From contig JASJCT010000015.1 of the NCBI GenBank assembly GCA_030065855.1, forward strand, positions 16,724 to 80,723: a stretch of DNA of 64,000 bases, given 5' to 3'. This DNA is from Myxococcota bacterium (GTDB lineage Bacteria; Myxococcota_A; Polyangia; JAAYKL01). Below, piece after piece: positions 48,122-56,688 of the stretch. The position numbers and the translations under genes are program-made. Below the pieces are notes generated by a model. It was not told the DNA's origin. It was given only the letters and a program-made list of their open reading frames with translations, and ran no database searches. Numbering within the stretch: position 1 is the stretch's first letter; every line of letters starts with the position of its first letter.

Positions 48122-51100
48122 CCCGATCCTCCGTTTGGATAAAGGCGTAGAGGGGGGTCTCGGCAATGAGCGGTCGAATGGTCCCGGGCGTGACCTCTTT
48201 TGGCAAGACCCCCTCTTCGCGAAAGATGCGCTGCACGAGCGCAGTGCAGGTCTTGCCACCGCAGCCCCCCATGCTGGGCCGGGCCAGGGATTTGAGTTGA
48301 TTCAAGTCCCGCACGCCAGCCCGGATCTCCCGTACAATTTCGCTCTTTCGAATCCGCTCGCAGCGGCAGACAATCGGATCTTCATCGTCGTCGAGCTTCT
48401 CTGTTGCAAGGGGTACCGAGGGACCCCGAATACTAAAGCCGGCAACGTTGAGGCGATCTTCAAACGGCACTGCCACCAGTGCCAACTTGCGGCGATCCTG
48501 ATCCTCCCGCTCCCGCACGGCGACGAGCTGACCCTTGCCCAGGGGCAGGCCATCGATATCGGTCGTCAGCACGTCTGTGCCCAGGTTTATTTTCTCATTG
48601 CCAAACTCAACCGGCAGGGAGACCAGGGCCAGGTTTTTTTCTTTGTCGTAGTCCTCTGCCACCAGGACGATGGCCAAGCCTGGGCAGCGAACCACGCAAC
48701 TGCCGCACCCCAAGCAGCCGCCCGAGTACTCGGGCAAGCCCATGATGCCGCCCGGCATGGAGATCAGGCCGTGGGGACACGCGGCAACGCAGGGGTCGCA
48801 TGGAATTTCCTGTACGCAGCGAATGACCGGAAAGATGGGTTCGCCCCCCTTGGGCACACGCCACGCTGTGGTCTTGCCAGGCCGACTGCGCAGCACTGCA
48901 GCCAGGGATTCCCAATGTTCTGGAATATCAATGGGCACGCCGCGGTCCCGGGCCAGCCTGCGGCCAACCATGCGCCCGGAAAAAATGGCAGCCGAGGCCT
49001 CGGCCACCTCGTCTGAATCGCCAGCAGCAACCACGTTGAGACCGTATTCCCGGGCCTTGGTTAAGATCTCATCCACTGGCGCAAGGCCCACGGCAATGAG
49101 CAACGTGTCAGCTTCAAAGGTCTGCTCAGTACCTGAAATGGGCCTGCCTGTTTCATCGATTTCAGCAATGGTAACCCGCTCCAGCCGCCCGTTCCCAGAG
49201 GCCTTGATGACCGAGTGCCGGGTCCATATGGGCACGCCGAGGCGCTTGATCTTGTCCGCATGGACCTTGTACCCACCGCATTCCGGCAAGGCTTCGACCA
49301 GGCCCACCACATCGATACCTGCCTGCAGGGCGTGATAGGCGCCGATAAGCCCCACATTGCCGCCGCCCAGGACAAAGAGCTTCTTCGAGGTCGAGATCAA
49401 ATCCCGATTGACCAGGGTCTGGAATGCACCGGCACCGTAGATCCCCGGCAGGTCGCACCCTGGGAACGACAGGGCCTTTTCCCGGGCCCCCAGGGCGACG
49501 ATCAACGTCTCGGGGGTAACCAGTCGATAACCCTGGGGCGTTGAAATGCCCACTTTGCCGTCTCCAAACAATCCCAGGGCCGTGGCCCGGGTCCATACGC
49601 GCACACTGGGCAAGGCAGCCACGTCGTCGGCCAGGTTTCTGCCAATATCAATGCCGCGGATGCCGGCGTAGCAATCAGCTGCGGATCCGAAAAACCCATG
49701 GGTCTGGAGGGTGAGCTTGCCCCCGAGCTCGGGCTTGTCATCGACCACGAGCACCTCGATCCCCACCCGCCCGAGCTCAATGGCAGCAGAAAGACCGGCC
49801 GGACCGCCCCCTAGCACGAGCACGGGCACGGATATTTCTTTTGGAAATCCCATTTTCTCTGGCCCGCTTGCAGGGGGAAGTGGTGGCAGGCCGTCACAGC
49901 GCTCAACTGTCATGCCAGGTTCCACAGGCACCATGCAGGATTTGACCATGCGGCCGTTGGCCATCACTGAGCACTGGGAACACTGACCATTGGCGCAGAA
50001 GATACCCTGGGCACCCCCGTCCCGGTGGTGGTGGCCAAAAACAGAAATACCAGCTGCAAACAGGGCCGACGCGATCATCTCGCCCTTCTGAGCCGGCAGT
50101 GTCTCACCTTCAAATGTAAATGATATGGGATCACTGGCCGGCGGTGTCAAAATCGGATGGGATGTGATGCGCCGCTCCCCCACAGCCGGTGTGTCGGTTT
50201 TATCGGACGTCTTTGATTGTCTGAAAGACGCGTATTTCTGAGATGCGGTGGTGCGGTAGGTGGGCAAAAACGGTACCCCGACATCGAAATGGGGGTCGCC
50301 CCATGTGGTATCTCGATGCGCGGCGAGCGCTTCCTGTTCGAGCAGCCACCCCGCAATGGTGGCCGCATCTCCTGGCATGGCCATGGGCACGTCTTGGGGA
50401 AGTCGATGCACCAGGACGGTCGGTTGTTGCTGTGTTATTTTCTGCTGAAAAGCGCGGATACTGGAAACCGGCCCTTCCCGGCCAGGCGCTGGCTCTGCAA
50501 ACGCGACCCGACCCGGGCCTAGCCCGACCGCGCGCGCTACTTGCTCAACCCGTTCCACGACCTGCCGCGCATGGGCTTCAGCACCGGCCAACCCGCAGGT
50601 GGGTTCGTGACGGCCCAGAACGAGGACACCGGCATACCCCCGTGCCAATGCACCCAACAACACAGCCGGCCGGATCCCGCCAGCACACGGCAGCTCGAGG
50701 ATATCGACGCCATGGGGCAGCCGGGGCGATGTCGGCGCCTTAAGGGCGCTGCGCGGACATGCCACTGCGAGGACCCGGCCCGTATCCTCCACCGGGATGG
50801 GCGGCAACTGGGCAGGCGCTACCCGGGGTTGATCGATGGCCCCACAAGGACATGCTGCCGAGCAAACCCCACAGCCGCGGCAAGCCTTGGGATCTATCAC
50901 TGCTCTGGATCGACCGTCTTGTTGCAGAACAACCCGGGCCACGGAAAATGGGCAAGCTGTCTCGCACACCCCACAGGCGATGCATCGCAAGGGGTTCACC
51001 GTACAGATGGCTTGGGGAAATGTTCGGTCCCAAATCGACAGCTGCCCCGGGGTTCGGGTGGACTTGATATGGCCGGTGGGACAGATCTTCGCGCAAGCAC

Positions 51101-51626
51101 CGCATCCGATACATGCCTCAGGCGGATCGTCAGCTGGGGTTCCAACCGTTTTTTTCTCCCCGCGATGCATGCGGGCAATGGCACTGGTGGCATAAGTATC
51201 GCAGACCCGGGTACACAGGCCGCACAGAATGCAGGTTTCATCTGTGGCAGGGAATTGGGTGTCCCCCACCCCCATGGATGTGGCCAGGGCTTGGATCGCC
51301 GGCACCTCAGGGCATCTGGCCAGCAGCATCTTTACGACCATTTGCCTGTGGCGCAAGACCTCCTCAGTGGCAGTGAACACGACAATGTCTGCCTGGGCCG
51401 GGTAATTGCAGGAGGTAACCAGCTTTTTGCGGCCGTTCACTGCTACCTGGACGAGGCATAGGCGACACGCGCCCAAGGGTTCAAGTGCCTCGTGATGGCA
51501 CAGGGAGGGGATCTCAAGGCCGAGTCGGCTCGCCACATCGATCAGGGGCTCGTGCAACCGGGCCTGGGTCTTTAGCCCATCGACAGTTAATTCGACATGT
51601 TGTTCTTTGGTTTCTCTCGTCATCAT
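48105..51626 (-). CDS. multidomain iron-sulfur flavoprotein: NuoG-type 2Fe-2S + 4x[4Fe-4S] + MvhD/FlpD-like module fused to an opine-oxidase-A/HcnAB/proline-dehydrogenase-alpha-like unit
   Basis: Start set at MMTRETKEQHVELTVDG. Motifs read in order (1-4): (1) CHHEALEPLGACRLCLV. (2) CILCGLCTRVC, CIGCGACAKICP, CIACGVCETACP, CRGCGVCSAACP. (3) LELPCAGGIRPAVLLGALARGYAGVLVLG...TCG. (4) FTFEGETLPAQKGEMIASAL...CANGQCSQC. Motifs (5-7): (5) VLVLGGGPAGLSAA and FVLGGGNVGLIGA. (6) CDPCVAACP and CLGCGSCVVRCP. (7) BFD-like CRCERI...GGCGGKTC. Confidence 0.7.
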   Translation of the reverse strand: MMTRETKEQHVELTVDGLKTQARLHEPLIDVASRLGLEIPSLCHHEALEPLGACRLCLVQVAVNGRKKLVTSCNYPAQADIVVFTATEEVLRHRQMVVKMLLARCPEVPAIQALATSMGVGDTQFPATDETCILCGLCTRVCDTYATSAIARMHRGEKKTVGTPADDPPEACIGCGACAKICPTGHIKSTRTPGQLSIWDRTFPQAICTVNPLRCIACGVCETACPFSVARVVLQQDGRSRAVIDPKACRGCGVCSAACPCGAIDQPRVAPAQLPPIPVEDTGRVLAVACPRSALKAPTSPRLPHGVDILELPCAGGIRPAVLLGALARGYAGVLVLGRHEPTCGLAGAEAHARQVVERVEQVARAVGLGPGRVAFAEPAPGREGPVSSIRAFQQKITQQQPTVLVHRLPQDVPMAMPGDAATIAGWLLEQEALAAHRDTTWGDPHFDVGVPFLPTYRTTASQKYASFRQSKTSDKTDTPAVGERRITSHPILTPPASDPISFTFEGETLPAQKGEMIASALFAAGISVFGHHHRDGGAQGIFCANGQCSQCSVMANGRMVKSCMVPVEPGMTVERCDGLPPLPPASGPEKMGFPKEISVPVLVLGGGPAGLSAAIELGRVGIEVLVVDDKPELGGKLTLQTHGFFGSAADCYAGIRGIDIGRNLADDVAALPSVRVWTRATALGLFGDGKVGISTPQGYRLVTPETLIVALGAREKALSFPGCDLPGIYGAGAFQTLVNRDLISTSKKLFVLGGGNVGLIGAYHALQAGIDVVGLVEALPECGGYKVHADKIKRLGVPIWTRHSVIKASGNGRLERVTIAEIDETGRPISGTEQTFEADTLLIAVGLAPVDEILTKAREYGLNVVAAGDSDEVAEASAAIFSGRMVGRRLARDRGVPIDIPEHWESLAAVLRSRPGKTTAWRVPKGGEPIFPVIRCVQEIPCDPCVAACPHGLISMPGGIMGLPEYSGGCLGCGSCVVRCPGLAIVLVAEDYDKEKNLALVSLPVEFGNEKINLGTDVLTTDIDGLPLGKGQLVAVREREDQDRRKLALVAVPFEDRLNVAGFSIRGPSVPLATEKLDDDEDPIVCRCERIRKSEIVREIRAGVRDLNQLKSLARPSMGGCGGKTCTALVQRIFREEGVLPKEVTPGTIRPLIAETPLYAFIQTEDRDDDII

Positions 51627-51720
51627 ACTTCGCTCAACGCTTAACTTAGTGATTTCTATAACAGACGGCAAAACCGCAACCAAGTGTTAAAAAACCCTAG
51701 CGCGAGGAAGAGAGGAAGAA

Positions 51721-51749
51721 TTGACAAATGTTTTGATTGCACCTAGCAT
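51721..51749 (+). promoter_or_regulatory. candidate sigma-70-type promoter TTGACA-17 nt-TAGCAT for the peptide/rSAM operon
   Basis: Read directly: TTGACA 51721-51726, a 17-nt spacer, TAGCAT 51744-51749. GGAGG at 51765-51769 and ATG at 51776 follow. Confidence 0.35.
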
Positions 51750-51775
51750 GGCCAAAATCCTAAAGGAGGTGTGTG

Positions 51776-52039
51776 ATGACGGAACGCAAGAGCTATTCCC
51801 TTGTCTTCAGGTTTGAGGTGGAGGAGGATGTGGCGGAGAAACGCCTGGACGCCATTGCCGAAGAGATGGTCGCGCCGCTTCGCAAACTCGCGTCAAATCT
51901 AAAGGTCGAAACCCTTAAACAGACCTTTGGCAAGGAGATCGGCAACGTACGGCTGCGCGCCCTGCAGGAAGAGCTGGTCATTGAGAGCGGGGCAGCCAGC
52001 GGATACCAGGGCAAGCTCTGGGAAAAGGCCTGCTGCTGA
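51776..52039 (+). CDS. candidate RiPP precursor peptide (87 aa; helical acidic leader, C-terminal core ...SGAASGYQGKLWEKACC)
   Basis: GGAGG lies 6 nt upstream of the ATG. The stop is 14 nt before the radical SAM gene. The only Cys, Trp and late Tyr cluster in the last 12 residues, and the peptide ends in CC-stop. Confidence 0.6.
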   Translation: MTERKSYSLVFRFEVEEDVAEKRLDAIAEEMVAPLRKLASNLKVETLKQTFGKEIGNVRLRALQEELVIESGAASGYQGKLWEKACC

Positions 52040-52053
52040 CAGCCAGCGCGAAT

Positions 52054-53466
52054 ATGGAAATAGCTGTGCAGCAAATCCAGGGCCAGATGGGCTACACGCT
52101 CGCCCCTCACGCGGTCCTGACGGTGGGAGATCATCGCGTCATGATCTCACGCCTTTCCCGGGGTTGGGTGCTACTATCCCCGGGTGACTACCAAAGCCTC
52201 GTTGATTTCTTCGACGAACATACATCTGCTAAGCTAGACACAGAGAGTCGCCAGATCGCAGAGCGCCTGTACCGCCTCGGACTCGCGCTGTGTGATGGTA
52301 AGCTAGCAGAACACCTCACGCCGTCCATGCCGGCTTTTCCCGAGAGCCTGCTCATTAAAATGACAGGGCACTGCAACTACAACTGCGATTACTGTTACGA
52401 TCACTCAGAATCCAGACGCAAACAGGATGTGGATGTAGCCAGGATTGTAACCACGATAGATCCCATTCTCGATCAGACCGGTAAGCTCAATATCACGTTC
52501 CACGGCGGTGAGCCCCTGCTGCGGTTCAGCGCGATTTCACGCATTGTCGACCACTGTGCCGAGCGCCATGCTGACAAAGCCATTCGCTTTGCCATACAAA
52601 CCAACGGCGCTTTGCTGGACGACACAACAGTCGAATTTCTCGATCGTCATGACTTTAGCGTGGGCATCTCCCTGGACGGATCAACACCAGACACCAACCA
52701 CCATCGGGGCCCCAAGGCATTGGACCACTTCTGCAGGCTACTCGAGCAGTACCCCGCTTTTATGGAGAAGCGCTGTGGTGCGCTCTCGGTCATCTCCCAG
52801 GCCAACGTGCGCGCGCTGCCTGACTTTGCCCTGTGGCTCCAGGACCACGGAATCCGCGGCCTCTCCACAACTGTCCTGGACCCCACGGGCCGGGCAAAAG
52901 ATCTGAATCAGAGTATCGGGCCCCAAGAGATTACAGGGCTGTACGATGCCTGGCTGCAACTCGTCCGAGCCGAGCGTATCACCGACCTCAAAATACAAAA
53001 TTTATTGGCCTACATGGACAACCTGGCCTGCTTTGACCCACCCAATTTCTGTCAAAAGGGTCCCTGCGGCGCGGGCGGTGAGTTCCTCGTGCTCGACGCG
53101 GACGGCAGTTTTCGTGCCTGTGATTGCATCATCCACGACGCCTTTATTTTAGGAGATCATAAGTGTACGCTGGAGCAGGCACTGGACGCGCCGTCGAGAA
53201 GACGGGTGGTCGACCGACACGCCTGGCTGGTATCACATGGCCCCTGTGCTGACTGCCCGTGGATACACTTGTGTGGAGGCACCTGCGCGGCCAAGGCCCT
53301 TGGATGCGCTACGGACGAAAACGCCGTCTATCCCGTGGAGTGCGCGCTCAACAAGCACCTGTACCCCATCTTGCTCGAGGCCTATGCCAGCGAACCAGAG
53401 GGCGCCTTGTACCAATACTATCGCCGGCACTCAAAAGCGCGACAGCGGCAGAACCCAGTGGTTTGA
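52054..53466 (+). CDS. radical SAM / SPASM-domain peptide-modifying enzyme
   Basis: Radical SAM motif MTGHCNYNCDYCY (Cx3Cx2C, ~52372-52395). The SPASM signature is CGAGGEFLVLDADGSFRAC (C..Gx4C) plus CADCPWIHLCGGTC (Cx2Cx5Cx3C). A ~95-aa N-terminal extension before the cluster motif may be an RRE/PqqD-like domain. Confidence 0.85.
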   Translation: MEIAVQQIQGQMGYTLAPHAVLTVGDHRVMISRLSRGWVLLSPGDYQSLVDFFDEHTSAKLDTESRQIAERLYRLGLALCDGKLAEHLTPSMPAFPESLLIKMTGHCNYNCDYCYDHSESRRKQDVDVARIVTTIDPILDQTGKLNITFHGGEPLLRFSAISRIVDHCAERHADKAIRFAIQTNGALLDDTTVEFLDRHDFSVGISLDGSTPDTNHHRGPKALDHFCRLLEQYPAFMEKRCGALSVISQANVRALPDFALWLQDHGIRGLSTTVLDPTGRAKDLNQSIGPQEITGLYDAWLQLVRAERITDLKIQNLLAYMDNLACFDPPNFCQKGPCGAGGEFLVLDADGSFRACDCIIHDAFILGDHKCTLEQALDAPSRRRVVDRHAWLVSHGPCADCPWIHLCGGTCAAKALGCATDENAVYPVECALNKHLYPILLEAYASEPEGALYQYYRRHSKARQRQNPVV

Positions 53467-54254
53467 TGGGTAACGCAGCCGACACGCTCATCGACCGCAT
53501 TGCAGCCTCTCTTCCACTGGATTCCACATGCATCACTGACCTGCCCGAAGCCGCAAGCGTGGACTCCTTTGATCCAGCCGTGCACGCCAAAGCCTGGTGG
53601 TGTTATGGGGTTGCAGCGCGCGCTTCAGGAGCTCCCCTCATCGACGAGCAGACCTTTCTGAAGGGATATTTTAGGGCTTTTTGTGACTTCTACCTGGCTG
53701 CGGCCCAGGCGCGCGAGGGTGACGGTAGCCCCTTGGAGAGGGGCCTCCCTCCCATTGTCTGTACAGCCCACTTCCCCAGCTATCCGCTTTACATGCGCGC
53801 GTTTAGGGAACGCGGCGCTTGTGTCCTGATCAGTCGCCGGGCTACTTGGATGGGCGATGGATGGCTGCAATCCGTGCATGAAAAAGGGGCCTTGAGCGCA
53901 GTGACGCAGGCTGTCCAAAAGGGGCGATCCATTGTGGCGATGATCGACCATGCCTTCCCAACAACCAGTAATGCGCCCATCCCTTTTCTCGGTTTGCCTT
54001 GCGCCACGCCCATGGGCTTGTTTGCGCTGGCCTCGCGCATGTCTCTCGGTATGGGCCTGCTCGTACCAGGGAACAACAGTGAACCAGAGGTTGTTGATTA
54101 CCCTGCAACAGCCAACATGGTACCTGGAACACTGGCTGCGGCCATGCTTCGGGATCTCAGCCGGGTTATTATGAAGACCCCAGAGCGCTGGCTGCTCTGG
54201 CCAAATCTAAACCATCGCTGGGAGCAAGACGCAGATTTATTTGACCTGGACTGA
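53466..54254 (+). CDS. LpxL/HtrB-like (lipid A biosynthesis acyltransferase family) protein with degenerate HX4D motif
   Basis: The ATG overlaps the rSAM stop (TGATG). The family-like C-terminal block is PERWLLWPNLNHRW (compare the PxQYxWxHxRW pattern I recall for LpxL). AHFPSYPLY occupies the position where the family has HxGNWE. Confidence 0.55.
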   Translation: MGNAADTLIDRIAASLPLDSTCITDLPEAASVDSFDPAVHAKAWWCYGVAARASGAPLIDEQTFLKGYFRAFCDFYLAAAQAREGDGSPLERGLPPIVCTAHFPSYPLYMRAFRERGACVLISRRATWMGDGWLQSVHEKGALSAVTQAVQKGRSIVAMIDHAFPTTSNAPIPFLGLPCATPMGLFALASRMSLGMGLLVPGNNSEPEVVDYPATANMVPGTLAAAMLRDLSRVIMKTPERWLLWPNLNHRWEQDADLFDLD

Positions 54255-54309
54255 TGCAAATATTGTAAGGATTGCGACGGTGATGATGTTCTGGAATACA
54301 GCGGGATTC

Positions 54310-55785
54310 TTAAAGTATATTGAAATCCCACCTGAGCTTGGCCCAAACCCTATCGTGTCGCTTGGCACCGGAGAGCATGCCGACCTCGATGCCGGGCTGG
54401 TATGTAATAAAGCCCAGGCCGGCCTTGAGGCCGTCGAGGATGGTGTAGCTGACCGTGGCGCGGGCCAACCAACCGTGCTGGGCGTTCCAGCCGAAGAGGA
54501 TTCCAGCTAACGCCAGGGTCATGTCGCCGTCGAGCACGTCGTGGGTGTAGCGCAGGGCGATCGATGGCTCTTCCACTGGGAATAGGACGTCGGGCAGATC
54601 TTCCAAGAGCCAGCTCTTCTTGATTTCGAGAAAGAGCATGGTGTCCTTAAGGCCTGAGTAGGTGATGCCTAGCAAGCCGCCGATGGAGGCGGCTTGTTCG
54701 TCGGAGAGCTCGGGTTGAACCGCTTCCTGATCACCGGTGTTGTAGTTTCTATCCTTTTCGGCACTGATTTCCCACTTGAACAACCAGCTGTCTACAGGCC
54801 AGGCACCCGAATGGCCGACCATGATGTAGCGGTGATGGTTGAGTACGATGTCCGTGCTGCGATCGATGATGATGCCCGAGAGGAGCGCCTGGTAGTCCAA
54901 CTCGATCACCCCCTGCTGATCGAGTACCGAGGCAACGTAGAGGGCCAGGTCGATGCCCGGTCCTTTGTAACCCCAGCGCAAGAGTACCTGCTGGGTGTTC
55001 AGGCTGAACAGGGCCTGTTTGTGTTTGTACCAAACCGGAGTGGTGGAGAGAAACTCCACTACATCGTCGGGTAGAAAGGCCGGCAGCGGGCTGAACAGGC
55101 CAAATGGCGGCGGTCGGTAGCCAAAGTTCGATTCGTGGATCACCAGCGCCTCGATGCGATGATAGCCGACAAACAACCCGATACGGGTGGAGAGAACCGG
55201 CAGGCGTAAGTCGTCGAGATCGGCTAGCCCTGGTTCCCGCAAATCACGCGGGCTGGCCACATCTACTAAACTGACCATGTCCCCTTCTCCCCAAACCACA
55301 ATTTGGCGCCCTATGCTCAACTCCACCTCACCAAAGGTCACGGCCAGGTATGACTCCCGCACATCTAATAACCACTCATAAGCATCGAGGGTGGGTTGAT
55401 CGTAGCTGTCCCGCTGGTAGAGGTAGGCAACGTCGTACTCCCCATGGCCTGAAACAACCAGGCGCAAGATCTCCCCTTTGTACCGCAAGACCAGATCGAG
55501 GTTCTGGCGCCCCTTGGCAAAGGGATTGTCCTCGAACCGCTCGGTCCACAGTGCCCATTCGGTCCTGAAAAAGCCACCCAAACGCCAGCGTGATGGGTTT
55601 TCCCCGCCTGCGCTCTCTTCGATTCCGGCCATGACGTCGGCGGACACATCGGCAAAGCCCGCACTGTCCGCGTCTTCGCCCCACCCTTCCCCGTCACCCC
55701 AGTCGTCCTCCGAGGAGGAATCCTCTGCAGTTAGACTATTGTCAGCACAAATCAGCCCCGGAGAGAGTAACTCGGCAAGAAGCAC
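54310..55785 (-). CDS. DUF1302-family outer-membrane beta-barrel-like protein
   Basis: The block SIGRQIVVWGEGDMVSLVDVASPRDLREPG matches the DUF1302 RQxVxWGE signature. The body is long, beta-rich and aromatic, ending in ...RWDFNIL. The start codon is uncertain: GTG at 55785, and the signal peptide may begin upstream. Confidence 0.65.
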   Translation of the reverse strand: MLLAELLSPGLICADNSLTAEDSSSEDDWGDGEGWGEDADSAGFADVSADVMAGIEESAGGENPSRWRLGGFFRTEWALWTERFEDNPFAKGRQNLDLVLRYKGEILRLVVSGHGEYDVAYLYQRDSYDQPTLDAYEWLLDVRESYLAVTFGEVELSIGRQIVVWGEGDMVSLVDVASPRDLREPGLADLDDLRLPVLSTRIGLFVGYHRIEALVIHESNFGYRPPPFGLFSPLPAFLPDDVVEFLSTTPVWYKHKQALFSLNTQQVLLRWGYKGPGIDLALYVASVLDQQGVIELDYQALLSGIIIDRSTDIVLNHHRYIMVGHSGAWPVDSWLFKWEISAEKDRNYNTGDQEAVQPELSDEQAASIGGLLGITYSGLKDTMLFLEIKKSWLLEDLPDVLFPVEEPSIALRYTHDVLDGDMTLALAGILFGWNAQHGWLARATVSYTILDGLKAGLGFITYQPGIEVGMLSGAKRHDRVWAKLRWDFNIL

Positions 55786-55838
55786 GGCGCAGCACAGGGT
55801 CCGGGCGTGATTTCTATCTGTGATGGTGAAAGGCAGTG

Positions 55839-56675
55839 CTAGAGCCCTTTCTCCAGTCGCCGCTCGGTGAACTCCGCGTCGGTTACAGATGCCTGATTGT
55901 ATTTCAGGGAATGGTACATCATCACCGTGGTCGATTCGACTTTTCCATTTTTCAAGGTTCGCACGGTTAGTCTATGGGCTGTCCAGATGTCGTCTACTTT
56001 TCGAATGTCGTCGAATTTCATGTACTTGAGTTTCCGCCCTTCCTTGACCCATATCTTGGCTTGAATCGGCATCAGCTTGGACTTGCTGATCCAATAGTGG
56101 GACTTAAGATAACCGGTCTCCTTCTGCTCTTTGGCTGTTTTGGGTCTGGCCTCGATCAACCAGCAATCTTCATTGTCGACCTTCATGGACTGCTCGATCA
56201 TCTTGTAGTCATAGGCATCTATGTCCTTTTTCGTCATATCCGAGTAAGAGATATCAGTGCCCAGAAAGGCACCCGACTTGTCAGAAGTAGAGATACGAGT
56301 CGATTTGCGCAGACTGGGTAGATAGAGCCACTGATCGTCGTCCTTGGCCCCCTCATCATAGTCGATAGACAACAGTCCGGTATTGCGCATATCAGGAGGG
56401 CTCTCGAACAGCATCAACATCTTTCGTCCGCCGTTGAATTCAAGCGATTTCGAGTAGAGGACGCGTTCTCGTTTGCGACCCGAGCTGTCGATCAGGGTCA
56501 TCGACACTTTGGAGAGCACCTTGTCCCCATCATCCCGATCCTCCATCGCCTGCGCAATCTTGCGCGGATCAGATGTATTGGGATCTAGGGCTCGCGCCTC
56601 TGTGCTCATGGTGACCAAGGCCACTGTCAATCCACATCTAAACAAGAGAGCAGTAAATCCATAACTTTGTTTCAT
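55839..56675 (-). CDS. LolA-like outer-membrane lipoprotein-sorting protein family
   Basis: Signal peptide. Size (~250 aa mature) and sequence style match the LolA_like proteins found next to MMPL exporters. It begins 13 nt after the MMPL stop. Confidence 0.6.
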   Translation of the reverse strand: MKQSYGFTALLFRCGLTVALVTMSTEARALDPNTSDPRKIAQAMEDRDDGDKVLSKVSMTLIDSSGRKRERVLYSKSLEFNGGRKMLMLFESPPDMRNTGLLSIDYDEGAKDDDQWLYLPSLRKSTRISTSDKSGAFLGTDISYSDMTKKDIDAYDYKMIEQSMKVDNEDCWLIEARPKTAKEQKETGYLKSHYWISKSKLMPIQAKIWVKEGRKLKYMKFDDIRKVDDIWTAHRLTVRTLKNGKVESTTVMMYHSLKYNQASVTDAEFTERRLEKGL

Positions 56676-56688
56676 TCGATATTCCTTT

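Noticed and set aside
52054-53466. The rSAM/SPASM enzyme could be an anaerobic sulfatase-maturating enzyme serving the sulfatase-family gene at 30672-32642.
   Set aside because: The two genes are 20 kb apart. The 30.7-kb protein looks like an LTA-synthase/phosphoglycerol-transferase type that does not need formylglycine. The rSAM gene is tightly coupled to a small upstream ORF and has an extra N-terminal domain. Not fully excluded without phylogeny.
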